From an uncultured Thermotogae bacterium (GTDB lineage Bacteria; Bipolaricaulota; Bipolaricaulia; M55B111), in contig CAZTJJ010000001.1 of NCBI GenBank assembly GCA_964614065.1, positions 9,028-73,027 of the forward strand: a stretch of DNA of 64,000 nt. Reading direction: 5' to 3'. The position numbers and the translations under genes are program-made. This document shows positions 39,083-49,168 of the stretch, piece after piece (the stretch's first letter is position 1; every line of letters starts with the position of its first letter). Under the pieces are notes generated by a model. It was given only the letters and a program-made list of their open reading frames with translations, had not been told where the DNA came from and did not search any database.

Positions 39083-40282
39083 ATGGCAAAAGAACATTTT
39101 GAGCGGGATAAGCCGCACCTGAATATTGGAACCATTGGCCATATTGACCATGGGAAAACTACGTTGACTTCGGCGATGACGAAACTATTGGCCAATATGG
39201 GATTGGCGGAAGGTAAAGAATTTAATGACATTGACAACGCACCTGAAGAACAGGAGAGAGGAATCACTATTGCTGTACGGCACGTCGAATATGAGACGGA
39301 AAATAGACACTACGCGCATATAGATGCTCCTGGTCACGCCGATTACGTCAAGAATATGATTACTGGTGCGGCCCAGATGGATGGGGCCATATTAGTTGTA
39401 TCAGCTGCTGATGGACCGATGCCACAGACTCGGGAACACGTTTTGTTGGCTAGACAGGTTGGGGTACCTGCTATGTTAGTGTTCCTCAACAAAACGGATA
39501 TGGTTGATGACCCCGACCTTATTGACCTAGTTGAAATGGAAGTTAGAGACTTACTTAATGAGTATGAGTTCCCGGGTGATGATGTGCCGATTATCAGAGG
39601 TTCAGCGTTGGAAGCTATGCAAAGTGATGGTGATCCGGAGGCAGAGGTCAACCAACCAATTTTGGAACTCCTTGAAACCCTGGACGAGTACATTCCATTA
39701 CCTGATCGAGACGAAGATAAACCATTTTTGATGCCTATTGAAGATGTATTTTCCATTAAGGGTCGAGGCACCGTTGCAACGGGACGTGTCGAGAGAGGGA
39801 AGATTACTCCTCAGTCTGAAATTGAAATAGTAGGTTTGCATGGCGATATTGTAGAAACAGTGGCCACGAGCCTTGAAATGTTCAACAAGACGATGGACGA
39901 GGCAATAGCCGGCGACAACGTTGGTGTTCTGTTACGAGGAATGGATAAAGAGGATATCGAACGGGGACAGGTGCTGGCAGACCCTGAAAGCATAACTCCA
40001 CATACACACTTTATGGCGGAAGTATACGTGTTAAGCAAAGATGAAGGCGGGCGTCATACACCGTTTTTCGATGGGTATAAGCCACAGTTTTATTTCCGGA
40101 CAACCGATGTGACAGGAAGTATTACTCTTCCTGAGGGTGTTGAGATGGTCATGCCTGGGGATAACGTTAATTTGGAAGCTGAGTTAATTGAGCATATTGC
40201 TATGGAAGAAGGTTTGAGATTTGCGATCCGTGAAGGTGGCAGAACCGTAGGTGCTGGCGTAGTTACGGAAGTATTGGAATAA
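39083..40282 (+). CDS. tuf: Elongation factor Tu.
   Basis: '[10 protein letters not shown]', 'DAPGHADY', 'NKTD'; 399 aa. Confidence 0.98.
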   Translation: MAKEHFERDKPHLNIGTIGHIDHGKTTLTSAMTKLLANMGLAEGKEFNDIDNAPEEQERGITIAVRHVEYETENRHYAHIDAPGHADYVKNMITGAAQMDGAILVVSAADGPMPQTREHVLLARQVGVPAMLVFLNKTDMVDDPDLIDLVEMEVRDLLNEYEFPGDDVPIIRGSALEAMQSDGDPEAEVNQPILELLETLDEYIPLPDRDEDKPFLMPIEDVFSIKGRGTVATGRVERGKITPQSEIEIVGLHGDIVETVATSLEMFNKTMDEAIAGDNVGVLLRGMDKEDIERGQVLADPESITPHTHFMAEVYVLSKDEGGRHTPFFDGYKPQFYFRTTDVTGSITLPEGVEMVMPGDNVNLEAELIEHIAMEEGLRFAIREGGRTVGAGVVTEVLE

Positions 40283-40298
40283 ACCGAGGCTAAGTTTC

Positions 40299-40448
40299 AT
40301 GCACAAGGAACAGGTAATTTTAGTATGTAGTGAATGTGGCAGGCAAAACTACCACACTGTTAAAAATCCACGTAACGATAAGGATAAATTGGAGTTAAAG
40401 AAGCACTGTAAGTGGTGTAAAGCCCATACAGTTCATAAGGAGAAGTAG
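40299..40448 (+). CDS. rpmG: 50S ribosomal protein L33.
   Basis: 49 aa, MHKEQVILVCSECGRQNYHTVKNPRNDKDKLELKKHCKWCKAHTVHKEK, a zinc-ribbon L33. Too short for the ORF track; found by manual translation. Confidence 0.85.
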   Translation: MHKEQVILVCSECGRQNYHTVKNPRNDKDKLELKKHCKWCKAHTVHKEK

Positions 40449-40476
40449 CCACGACAAGTGATTTTCTACACTATAC

Positions 40477-40552
40477 AGGCCTGTAGCTCAATTGGCAGAG
40501 CGCCGGACTCCAAATCCGAAGGTTGGGGGTTCAAGTCCTCCCGGGCCTGCCA
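40477..40552 (+). tRNA. tRNA-Trp, anticodon CCA.
   Basis: 76 nt; anticodon loop CUCCAAA; sits in the conserved position between rpmG and secE. Confidence 0.9.
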
Positions 40553-40574
40553 GTTGTTTTGAGGTGCTATAAGC

Positions 40575-40769
40575 GTGAATTGGATAAATAGATTTAATAG
40601 ATTCTTAAGGAATGTAAGATCGGAGATAAGAAAGGTTAGTTGGCCTACCCAATCTGAAGTAATTACTATGACCATTCTTATATTGATAATGGTTGTGCTG
40701 CTGTCTGGATATATTGGTGGTGTGGATTTGGTTTATCAGCGCATCATTAAGCAGGTCTTGTCTTTGTGA
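40575..40769 (+). CDS. secE: Preprotein translocase subunit SecE.
   Basis: 64 aa, GTG start, one TM helix, directly upstream of nusG. Confidence 0.85.
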   Translation: MNWINRFNRFLRNVRSEIRKVSWPTQSEVITMTILILIMVVLLSGYIGGVDLVYQRIIKQVLSL

Positions 40770-40834
40770 TATTTTTATATACCTCTTTGATTCTACTAAA
40801 TTGCGAAACAGCTAATTAAAACTGGAGTAAGTGG

Positions 40835-41932
40835 TTGAGCATGAAAAAATGGTACGCCATTCAAACCTACGCGGGCTCAGAGTTAAAGGTTAAGCAGGAG
40901 CTTGAGAGGCGTATAGAAAACCGTGGGCTTGAAGGTCAGGTAAAGAGTTTTGCTGAGGACGGCAAGCGGGATTTTTGTGTGGTGCCTATTGAAGAGGTAA
41001 TTACCTCTCGTAGCCGGAGAGGTAAGTCGAATGAATATAGAGTACCTTACAACTACGATTTATTAGTCGAGGCAAACGAACGGCTTTCTAGGCATGACCC
41101 ACTTGCACGAAAGAAACCCAAACATATAGAGTGGGATTGCTTGGTAGAAGAGATTAAGTCTCTGCAAAGAGTAATCATAGAGATGACAAACAGGACGGAG
41201 GAAACTTACCTTATCCCTAAGGATAAAAGGATTAGAAGGGATATTAGGAAGGGCGAGAAGATAAGATCAGGCGTCCCCTTGACCTCAGATCAGGAGGAAA
41301 AGTTTGTTGTTAGTATAAAGGGAAAAATAGCTTTAAGAGATAGAGTTAAACAAATTACGTTTATTCTCGATGATGGTTCTGAAAAAGAGTTGATAATTCC
41401 CGAAAGGTGCCTGGTTAGGTTGAGGGAGGGTGACGAGTTAAACGAAGGTGACATGATCGAGAAGGAAGATGTAATTAAGTCGACGTCGTCTGGAATGGTC
41501 AAAGTTAAAGAATACAAAGACAAGCGAGTGGTTACCGTTCAACCTGTGGAAAAACGTAGGTTATTTCCTGGTTATGTATTTGTAAAGATGGATCTTCCGG
41601 AAGAACAGATGATTGATTTGATTGATGATATTAGGGGAGCAGTGAGGTTTGTGGGATCTAGATATCATCCAATACCGATACGTGGAAAAGAGATGAAGGT
41701 TATAAAAAGGTTGGCTGGTTTGATAGAAGCGCCAACTGCTCCTAGTACTCCGCGTATCGAAGTCGACTTTGACGTGGGAGAGGTCGTGGAAATTGTGGAG
41801 GGACCATTTGCTGATTTCACTGGAGAAATTACGGCGATAGATAAGGAGACTGAAGAGGTAACTGTCAACGTTAAGATATTTGGCCGAGAAACTCCGGTAG
41901 ACATCGGTTTCGAAGGAATAGAGAAAATTTAA
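40835..41932 (+). CDS. nusG: Transcription termination/antitermination factor NusG carrying a large insertion domain.
   Basis: N-terminal NGN 'KKWYAIQTYAGSE' and C-terminal KOW 'GEVVEIVEGPFADFTGEI'. At 365 aa, an insertion of about 190 aa is implied inside NGN, as in Thermotoga and Aquifex NusG. Confidence 0.88.
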   Translation: MSMKKWYAIQTYAGSELKVKQELERRIENRGLEGQVKSFAEDGKRDFCVVPIEEVITSRSRRGKSNEYRVPYNYDLLVEANERLSRHDPLARKKPKHIEWDCLVEEIKSLQRVIIEMTNRTEETYLIPKDKRIRRDIRKGEKIRSGVPLTSDQEEKFVVSIKGKIALRDRVKQITFILDDGSEKELIIPERCLVRLREGDELNEGDMIEKEDVIKSTSSGMVKVKEYKDKRVVTVQPVEKRRLFPGYVFVKMDLPEEQMIDLIDDIRGAVRFVGSRYHPIPIRGKEMKVIKRLAGLIEAPTAPSTPRIEVDFDVGEVVEIVEGPFADFTGEITAIDKETEEVTVNVKIFGRETPVDIGFEGIEKI

Positions 41933-41944
41933 TAGGGAGGAATA

Positions 41945-42376
41945 ATGGCTAAACGAGTCGAGACAGAATTAAAGTTACAGATTCCAGCTGGTCAAGCCGA
42001 TCCCTCACCACCGGTAGGTCCTGCTCTTGGTGAGCACAAAGTTAACATTATGGATTTTTGTAATAAGTTCAACGCTGAGACCGGAGACAAGGAACCTGGG
42101 GTATTAATACCTGTTGACATAACGATATATACAGATAAGAGTTTTACTTTCGTGGCGAAGGAGCCACCGGCTTCTGAGCTGATAAAGAAGGCAGCGGGTA
42201 TTTCAAGTGGATCGGGACAACCAAACATGGAAAAAGTTGGAAAAATCACAGAGGAACAATTGAAAAGAATAGCTGAGACGAAACTTCCCGACTTGAACAC
42301 CTACAAGATGGAATCGGCTAAGGAAATTATCAAAGGAACAGCTAACAGCATGGGTGTTGAGGTGGTTGAATCGTGA
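41945..42376 (+). CDS. rplK: 50S ribosomal protein L11.
   Basis: 143 aa, 'PPVGPALG' motif. Confidence 0.97.
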   Translation: MAKRVETELKLQIPAGQADPSPPVGPALGEHKVNIMDFCNKFNAETGDKEPGVLIPVDITIYTDKSFTFVAKEPPASELIKKAAGISSGSGQPNMEKVGKITEEQLKRIAETKLPDLNTYKMESAKEIIKGTANSMGVEVVES

Positions 42377-43077
42377 GTAGAAGATATAAGACAATCGCCG
42401 ACAAGGTAGATTTCGAGAATATTTATTCTCTCGACGAGGGATTGGAACTCGCTGTGGAAACTGCAACTGCAAACTTTGACGAGACTATAGAAGTGGCTTT
42501 TAACCTAGGCGTTAATCCCTCTCAAACAATGATCCGTAGCAGTACTCTTTTGCCAAATGGAACGGGCAAAAGCGTAAAGGTGTTAGCGTTTGCAAAAGGT
42601 GAGAAGAGGCGGGAGGCTGAGGAAGCCGGCGCTGATTATATAGGAGACGAAGAAACAGCTGATAGAATAGAAGATGGATGGCTGGATTTTGATGAGGTAG
42701 TGTCTACCCCCGACATGATGAGCGTAATTGGTCGATTGGGGCGGATTTTAGGACCTAGAGGAATGATGCCTTCACCTAAGTCCAATACAGTTTCTGACGA
42801 GATTGGTGAAGCTGTTGCCAGGTTAAAAAAGGGTCAGGTTGAGTTTAGGACTGATAAATACGGCGTAATCCATGTGCTAATTGGGAAATCTTCTTTCCCA
42901 GTTACCGATCTCCGTGAAAACTTGATAGAAATTGGTAAGTCAATTTATGACCAACGGCCGGATGACGGTATTCAGGGGCGGTATTTACAAAAGGTGACAG
43001 TCTCCTCAACGATGGGGCCCGGCATAAAATTATCTGTCGAACAGTTGCGCGAGGAAGTGTATAGAAGGAAACTTTAG
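42373..43077 (+). CDS. rplA: 50S ribosomal protein L1.
   Basis: 234 aa; conserved order after rplK. Confidence 0.96.
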   Translation: MSRRYKTIADKVDFENIYSLDEGLELAVETATANFDETIEVAFNLGVNPSQTMIRSSTLLPNGTGKSVKVLAFAKGEKRREAEEAGADYIGDEETADRIEDGWLDFDEVVSTPDMMSVIGRLGRILGPRGMMPSPKSNTVSDEIGEAVARLKKGQVEFRTDKYGVIHVLIGKSSFPVTDLRENLIEIGKSIYDQRPDDGIQGRYLQKVTVSSTMGPGIKLSVEQLREEVYRRKL

Positions 43078-43134
43078 GGGCTCTCGGTTAGGCTATTGAT
43101 GGCTTAATTTAAGGGGAATTTTAAGGAGTGAAAT

Positions 43135-43653
43135 ATGCCGACGCAGTCAAAAAAGCAAGAAGTTGAGGAATTAAAGAAGAAACTTGAAAATGCTGCTGGG
43201 ATAGTGCTTTCGGACTATCGTGGATTATCCGCTAATGAGATGAACAGCATGAGGGAGTTGTTTACCAAAAAGGGAGTGGAATACAGGGTAATAAAGAACA
43301 CGTTAGCTGCAATTGCCGCGGAAGAGTTGGGTTTCGAAGAATTGTCTGAGCTGTTCGAGGGCCCTACAGGTATAGCTATGGGATATGAAGATCCGGTATT
43401 ACCGTTCAAAATCTCGTTTGATACCGAACATGAATATGATGTTTTTGCAAATAAAGGTGGAATTATAGAAGGGGATTTTGTTGGTCCTGGCGAGATAGAA
43501 AACATTTCCCAATTATCGTCGAAGGGAGAGTTACTTGCACAGGTAGCAATAGGTCTAAAATCTCCATTACAGCAGCTGGCTTATGCATTGAAGGTCAAAG
43601 TAAGAGATCTGGCCCTAGTCTTGAATGAAGTAAAGAAAGGGAAAGAAGAATAA
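43135..43653 (+). CDS. rplJ: 50S ribosomal protein L10.
   Basis: 172 aa; position and sequence. Confidence 0.93.
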   Translation: MPTQSKKQEVEELKKKLENAAGIVLSDYRGLSANEMNSMRELFTKKGVEYRVIKNTLAAIAAEELGFEELSELFEGPTGIAMGYEDPVLPFKISFDTEHEYDVFANKGGIIEGDFVGPGEIENISQLSSKGELLAQVAIGLKSPLQQLAYALKVKVRDLALVLNEVKKGKEE

Positions 43654-43757
43654 TCCTTCAGATATTAGTGAGGTTGTTGCCTATTAGAACCCAATTTGAG
43701 CAGGCTTTATCCGGGAATTTGATTTATGTTTAAGTATCCGAATAACTTGATAAGAAA

Positions 43758-43826
43758 AAGTTGGTCCTCCAGCACCTGGTTGAGGATACCTTCTTGGAGG
43801 ACTTAAGTTAATATACAGACCAACTT
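43758..43826 (+). other. Long imperfect RNA hairpin inside the unusually long (413-nt) rplJ-rplL spacer.
   Basis: Outer stem AAGTTGGTC/GACCAACTT encloses inner stem TCCTCCA/TGGAGGA with internal loops; no ORF of 60 aa or more lies in the spacer. Confidence 0.45.
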
Positions 43827-44066
43827 TCCATAATTGGTAAGTGAACGATATTTGGTCCCGTGAGGCAGCTCAATTAAGTGCTGAACACTTAAGAGTTGGG
43901 TTTTTGTCGCGGAAGAAACTTAAATTACCTGCTATCTACTGGGTGAAAAAACTAAGTTGATGAATGATAGGTAATTTTGTCTTGCATTCTTGTTTAGAAG
44001 TCGGCCGTAAGAGAGAAAATGGCACAATTTAGGTAGAACTTTTAGAAGTTACACAGGAGGTCTGTT

Positions 44067-44447
44067 ATGGACACAAAAGAAATAGTTGAGTCACTGGGAA
44101 ACATGACAATTAAAGAGTTGACGGAGTTAGTAGATGCTATTGAAGAGGAATTTGACGTTTCAGCAGAAGCAGCTGCTCCCGTTGCAGCAGCTCCTCAAGC
44201 TGGAGCTGGCGGCAATGGTGAAGGAGCTGAGGAAGCGGACACCATAGATCTGGTTCTTACTAATCCCGGTCAAAAAAAGATCAAGGTGATTAAACAGCTG
44301 AAGGAAATAACCGGTAAAGGTTTGAAGGAATGTAAGTCTTTAGTTGACGATTTACCAAGTACCATACAGGAAGATTTGGAGGAAGAGGAAGCTGACAAGT
44401 TAAAGAACGAATTAGAGGAACTTGGCGCTGAGATTGAACTTAGATAA
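44067..44447 (+). CDS. rplL: 50S ribosomal protein L7/L12.
   Basis: 126 aa, Ala/Glu-rich hinge and CTD 'KEITGKGLKECKSLVDDLP'. Confidence 0.96.
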   Translation: MDTKEIVESLGNMTIKELTELVDAIEEEFDVSAEAAAPVAAAPQAGAGGNGEGAEEADTIDLVLTNPGQKKIKVIKQLKEITGKGLKECKSLVDDLPSTIQEDLEEEEADKLKNELEELGAEIELR

Positions 44448-44491
44448 TGATTTAGTCATCTGTGGTTTTGTCGCTCTAGGAGGGATATAGA

Positions 44492-47400
44492 TTGAGGGAA
44501 CGAACGGATTTCAGCACGTACGGTGAAGCAATCGAACCACCCGATTTACTCAAAGATCAAAAAGACTCTTATACTAAATTTCTAACTACTGGCATTGAGG
44601 AAGCATTTAGCGAAGTTTCCCCCATCAAGGCGAGTAGTCGGACAAACTTCAGCTTAGAACTCCTCAATCCGTCCTTGGGAGATCTTCGAAGCTCCGTTAG
44701 TGATTGTGCTGATAAAGATCTGACCTACGATAGGCCGTTGCGGGTCGAGGCTCGCTTATCAGACGACGAAGGTGAGGTTGTTGCGGAGAATGAACTTTAC
44801 GTTGCGGATATACCCGTAATGACACCAAAGGGAACGTTTTTGATCAATGGTTCGGAAAACGTTTTGGTCAACGAATTGGCTCGAGCACCTGGTGTTTACA
44901 TTACAGCAGAGCGCAATAACCAGTATAAAGCACACATCCTACCAGATTACGGTGCATGGCTCGAATTGATTTTAGACGATAATAGGGAGAGAGTTTACGC
45001 TAATCTGGACAGGGAAGCTAAGGTTCCGATAACTGTGTTTCTGAGGGCTTTGGGGATGGATCAGGAGGATATATATTCCAAGTATAGTTTCGAGGTCAAC
45101 CCCGTTAAGGAAGCAGATTTGTTGGACTACGTGGACTACGTTTTGGCTGAGGACGTCACGAGCGATGATGGATTATTGATTAACGCTGGTGAGAAACTCA
45201 GAAAAGAGGACGTGGCCTTGATAGTCAAAGAGGGCACTAACGAGTCGATTTCTTTCTTGGATAGATATATTGGGAACACTCTGAAGAGAGATGACTTACG
45301 GACTAAAGAAGAAGCAATCAGGTTTATCTATGCCAAGTTGAGACCTACTGGTCGCGTTTCTACCACCAAAATGGAGAATTACATACACGGACTTTTCTTT
45401 GACGAAGAAAACTACCTTCTTTCAGAGGTTGGCAGGTTTAAAGCCAATAGCAAGCTTGGATTGGACGAAGAGACTTTAGCGTTAACAGAGAAGGATATCT
45501 TCAGGTCGCTCGATTTGCTGTTACAGGTTCCTTACAATCCAGAGTTATTAGATGAAAAAGATCATCTGGCAAATAAAGTGGTGAATTTGCCCGGCAAGGC
45601 AGCTAGAGCGGCTTTTGAAAGGGGTTTAAATAGAGTTGTCCGAACTACAGCCGATAAATTATCTAAGTTTAGTCTGGATGATGACGACACCCTTCGTGAC
45701 ATCGTCCCAACTAGGCCCGTTCAATCTTCGCTCAATCAGTTCTTTTACACGGGAAGGTTTTCCCAGTTTCTCGAGGAAACGAATGCTTTGGCAGAGCTGA
45801 CTCATAAAAGAAGACTTAATGCCTTAGGGGGTGGCTTGAGTCAACGCAGGGCGAAGCTAGAAGTGCGAGACGTTCACCCGTCTCATTATTCAAGGGTATG
45901 TCCAATTGAGACCCCCGAAGGACAAAATATTGGGTTGATAACCTCGCTGGCAAATTATGCCCATATCAACGAATATGGTTTTATTGAGGCGCCTTATCAA
46001 AAGGTTGAAGAAGGTCGAGTGACGGGAGAGATTGAATATCTCATGGCTGGCGAAGAAGAGCAGTACGGAATTGCACCATCGACAACGGAAGTAGATGAGG
46101 ATGGGTATCTGGTTGGCGATAGGATAGAGATCCGGACTGGCAAGGAAGATATCCAGCTTGGGAGACCGGAGGATGTGGATTTTGTCGGTGTGTCTCCGAA
46201 GGCAATTGTTGGAGCTTCTGCCTCGTTAATCCCTTTCCTGGAGCATGACGACGCAAATAGAGCGTTGATGGGTGCAAATATGCAGCGGCAGGCGGTTCCA
46301 TTATGTAACCCGGAGTCACCTTTTGTTGGAACAGGCATGGAAGCCAAAGCTGCCGAGGATTCTGGAATGCTGGTTATTGCTGAGAAGCCGGGGAAGGTCC
46401 AGTACGTGGACGCTGATAGAATCGACGTTGAAGAAGGCACTGACACCGTCAAATCCTATAATTTGAAGACGTTCACCCGCTCAAACCAGGACACTTTGGT
46501 TCACCAACGGCCTCTTGTTGAGAAAGGTGATAATGTAGAGAAAGGTGACGTGTTGGCTGATGGCTCTACAAGTGATCATGGTGAACTTGCCCTTGGCCGG
46601 AATCTCAGGGTTGCCTTCATGCCGTTCGAAGGTTACAACTACGAAGATGCAATAGTCGTATCGGAACGGTTGGTAAAAGAAGACCTCATGGATTCTATAC
46701 ATATAGAGGAATTCGAGGTCAAGGCAGAGGAAACGAAACTCGGTCCGGAAGAAATAACTGATGATATACCCAACATCAGTAAAGAAGACTTAAAAAATCT
46801 TGATTCACGGGGAGTAATTCGAGAAGGGACAGAAGTCGAAACAGGTGACGTGTTAGTAGGTAAAATAACTCCCAAAGGTGAATCTGAGCCGAGCCCCGAA
46901 GAAAAGATATTCCGGTCTATATTCGGAGAACAGGCCAGGAACGTCAAGGATTCGTCGCTCAAGCTCCCTCCCACAGCCGGCAAAGGAAAAATCATTAGAG
47001 TTAAGCGGTTTTCTCGTGATGAAGGAGACGAGCTGGATACGGGGATTAACGAGCTTGTAAAGGTTTACGTGGCCACCCGAAAGAAGATTTCGATTGGTGA
47101 TAAGCTGGCTGGACGACATGGAAATAAAGGTGTTATCTCCAACATACTGCCCGAGGAAGACGTGCCATTCCTGCCGGATGGCTCACCCGTGGACGTTTTA
47201 TTGAACCCACTGGGTGTTCCATCCCGGATGAACCTAGGTCAAGTGTTTGAAACCCACTTGGGCTGGTTGGCTTCTTTAAAAGATGAATACGTTTCTACAC
47301 CCGTGTTCGACGGAGCCAAAGAGGGGGAAGTGCTAGAGGAACTCTCAAAGGCCCAGGCACAAACAGGGTTAAGTGACGGTTCGAACGACGATGGCAAAGT

Positions 47401-47824
47401 GGTTCTGAGAGATGGTCGAACAGGAAAGCCTTTCGATAGGCCAATTACCGTGGGTTATATGTACGTTCTCAAGCTTGAACACATCGCTGACGAGAAGTTG
47501 CACGCCAGATCTACCGGCCCATATGCTTTAATTACTCAACAACCTCTCGGCGGTAAGGCACAGTTTGGTGGCCAGCGTTTTGGAGAAATGGAGGTATGGG
47601 CTCTTGAAGCTTACGGGGCGGCGAGTACCTTGCAGGAAATGCTGACCTTAAAGTCCGACGACATTCACGGCCGGACAAAATTGTACAAGGCGATATTAAA
47701 GGACGAACCCATGCCTAGACCAGGAATTCCCGAATCCTTTAAAGTGCTGGTCAGGGAGTTACGGGGCTTAGGGCTTGCTCCAAAAGCTCTAGATAAAACC
47801 GGGAATGAACTTGACCTGTCCTGA
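44492..47824 (+). CDS. rpoB: DNA-directed RNA polymerase beta subunit.
   Basis: 1110 aa; 'GGQRFGEMEVWALEAYGAA' and other Rpb2 signatures; complete C-terminus. Confidence 0.98.
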   Translation: MRERTDFSTYGEAIEPPDLLKDQKDSYTKFLTTGIEEAFSEVSPIKASSRTNFSLELLNPSLGDLRSSVSDCADKDLTYDRPLRVEARLSDDEGEVVAENELYVADIPVMTPKGTFLINGSENVLVNELARAPGVYITAERNNQYKAHILPDYGAWLELILDDNRERVYANLDREAKVPITVFLRALGMDQEDIYSKYSFEVNPVKEADLLDYVDYVLAEDVTSDDGLLINAGEKLRKEDVALIVKEGTNESISFLDRYIGNTLKRDDLRTKEEAIRFIYAKLRPTGRVSTTKMENYIHGLFFDEENYLLSEVGRFKANSKLGLDEETLALTEKDIFRSLDLLLQVPYNPELLDEKDHLANKVVNLPGKAARAAFERGLNRVVRTTADKLSKFSLDDDDTLRDIVPTRPVQSSLNQFFYTGRFSQFLEETNALAELTHKRRLNALGGGLSQRRAKLEVRDVHPSHYSRVCPIETPEGQNIGLITSLANYAHINEYGFIEAPYQKVEEGRVTGEIEYLMAGEEEQYGIAPSTTEVDEDGYLVGDRIEIRTGKEDIQLGRPEDVDFVGVSPKAIVGASASLIPFLEHDDANRALMGANMQRQAVPLCNPESPFVGTGMEAKAAEDSGMLVIAEKPGKVQYVDADRIDVEEGTDTVKSYNLKTFTRSNQDTLVHQRPLVEKGDNVEKGDVLADGSTSDHGELALGRNLRVAFMPFEGYNYEDAIVVSERLVKEDLMDSIHIEEFEVKAEETKLGPEEITDDIPNISKEDLKNLDSRGVIREGTEVETGDVLVGKITPKGESEPSPEEKIFRSIFGEQARNVKDSSLKLPPTAGKGKIIRVKRFSRDEGDELDTGINELVKVYVATRKKISIGDKLAGRHGNKGVISNILPEEDVPFLPDGSPVDVLLNPLGVPSRMNLGQVFETHLGWLASLKDEYVSTPVFDGAKEGEVLEELSKAQAQTGLSDGSNDDGKVVLRDGRTGKPFDRPITVGYMYVLKLEHIADEKLHARSTGPYALITQQPLGGKAQFGGQRFGEMEVWALEAYGAASTLQEMLTLKSDDIHGRTKLYKAILKDEPMPRPGIPESFKVLVRELRGLGLAPKALDKTGNELDLS

Positions 47825-48254
47825 TGATCAAACCGCGGTAGAAATTTCTGCTGGTGTAATATCTTATCGTTGTTTTTCTAATACCCACAAGTATTTGTTA
47901 ATAAAGCACGCTAATGGGGGGCATTGGAGTTTTCCGAAGGGGCACGTCGAAACTGGTGAAAGTTTAAAGGAAAGCGCAGTAAGGGAGCTATCCGAAGAAA
48001 CCGACCTGTCCGTAAAGAAATTTGTCAGTGGCTTTCGTGAGAAGGTAGCTTATCACATTCGCCGAGAAGGAGAAATTGTTAGAAAACGGGTAGTATATTT
48101 CTTAGCCAGGGTCACTGATGGAGAAGTGGAATTGTCTCCAGAACACGTCGATTTCAAGTGGCTTTCCCATGAAGAGTGTTTGGACGTGATTACGTACGAG
48201 GACGATCGAAGTCTATTGAACTCTGCAGAGCAGACGTTAATTAATCAAGCATAG
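47805..48254 (+). CDS. NUDIX hydrolase.
   Basis: Nudix box 'GHVETGESLKESAVRELSEETDL'; the ORF overlaps the rpoB 3' end by 20 nt. Confidence 0.8.
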   Translation: MNLTCPDDQTAVEISAGVISYRCFSNTHKYLLIKHANGGHWSFPKGHVETGESLKESAVRELSEETDLSVKKFVSGFREKVAYHIRREGEIVRKRVVYFLARVTDGEVELSPEHVDFKWLSHEECLDVITYEDDRSLLNSAEQTLINQA

Positions 48255-48273
48255 ACCAAGGTATTCCAAAAAG

Positions 48274-49146
48274 ATGAGCTTACCTGAACACGTGCACCTT
48301 ATAGATACAGGATTATTTGGTTACCAAAACTATGGAGCAAGTTATGTTATTGGTTGTTCCGAGCTTGCACTGGTAGATCCTGGTACATCAAATGCAGTTT
48401 CAGCAATAGAGAGCTGGTTTACGGAAGGCTCAGCTGACCTTTCAGACTTAGCCAGTATTGTACTTACTCACATTCATCTTGATCATGCTGGCGCAACTGG
48501 CGAGCTGGTCAGGATGGTTCCCGACCTAAAAGTTTACGTACATGAGCGCGGTGTTCCTTATCTTGTCGATCCAGCTGACCTGATTGAGAGCGTAAAACAA
48601 GCTACTGGCGACCGCTTTCCTCAGTATGGTACGTTAGCACCGGTACCTCAAAAAAATATCGTTCCTATTAAGAACGAAACCACCATTTCCATTGGGGATC
48701 TAGATCTCTTGGCTTTACCCACCTCAGGTCATGCTCCTCATCATATCTCCTATTTAGAGAAAGAATCTCGAATAATGTTTCCCGGTGATAGTGCCGGGCT
48801 TTACGTGGATCACCAGCTTATACCTACTACCCCACCTCCGTCCTTCAATCTGGAGGAAAGTATATCCAGTTTGGAAAAAATGAAGGAGAAAAGACCATCT
48901 ACGTTACTTTTCCCCCATTTTGGAACAAGAAAGAACCCACTCGAGTTGATGGACAAATACCAGGAACTTCTGGTGGATTGGGTTAATTCTATTCGGGATA
49001 AGTACTTAGCTGGAACCCCACGGGAGGAGTTAGATTCGTGGGTAGTCAGGAACTTTGACCAGTGGCTCGGTAATGGTTTTACCGAAGAAGAGCTGTTGAT
49101 GAATCTGTCCGGCGTGATACGATATCTCTCCTGGCGTAGTTCTTAA
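48274..49146 (+). CDS. MBL-fold metallo-hydrolase.
   Basis: 'HIHLDHAG' metallo-beta-lactamase motif, plus downstream His/Asp ligands. Confidence 0.8.
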   Translation: MSLPEHVHLIDTGLFGYQNYGASYVIGCSELALVDPGTSNAVSAIESWFTEGSADLSDLASIVLTHIHLDHAGATGELVRMVPDLKVYVHERGVPYLVDPADLIESVKQATGDRFPQYGTLAPVPQKNIVPIKNETTISIGDLDLLALPTSGHAPHHISYLEKESRIMFPGDSAGLYVDHQLIPTTPPPSFNLEESISSLEKMKEKRPSTLLFPHFGTRKNPLELMDKYQELLVDWVNSIRDKYLAGTPREELDSWVVRNFDQWLGNGFTEEELLMNLSGVIRYLSWRSS

Positions 49147-49168
49147 TTCAGGGGAGTCCGAGATCGAG

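Noticed and set aside
45997-47119. Minus- and plus-strand ORFs inside rpoB (45997-46452, 46041-46319, 46639-46995, 46853-47119 and others)
   Set aside because: Antisense or alternative-frame artefacts within the rpoB coding sequence.
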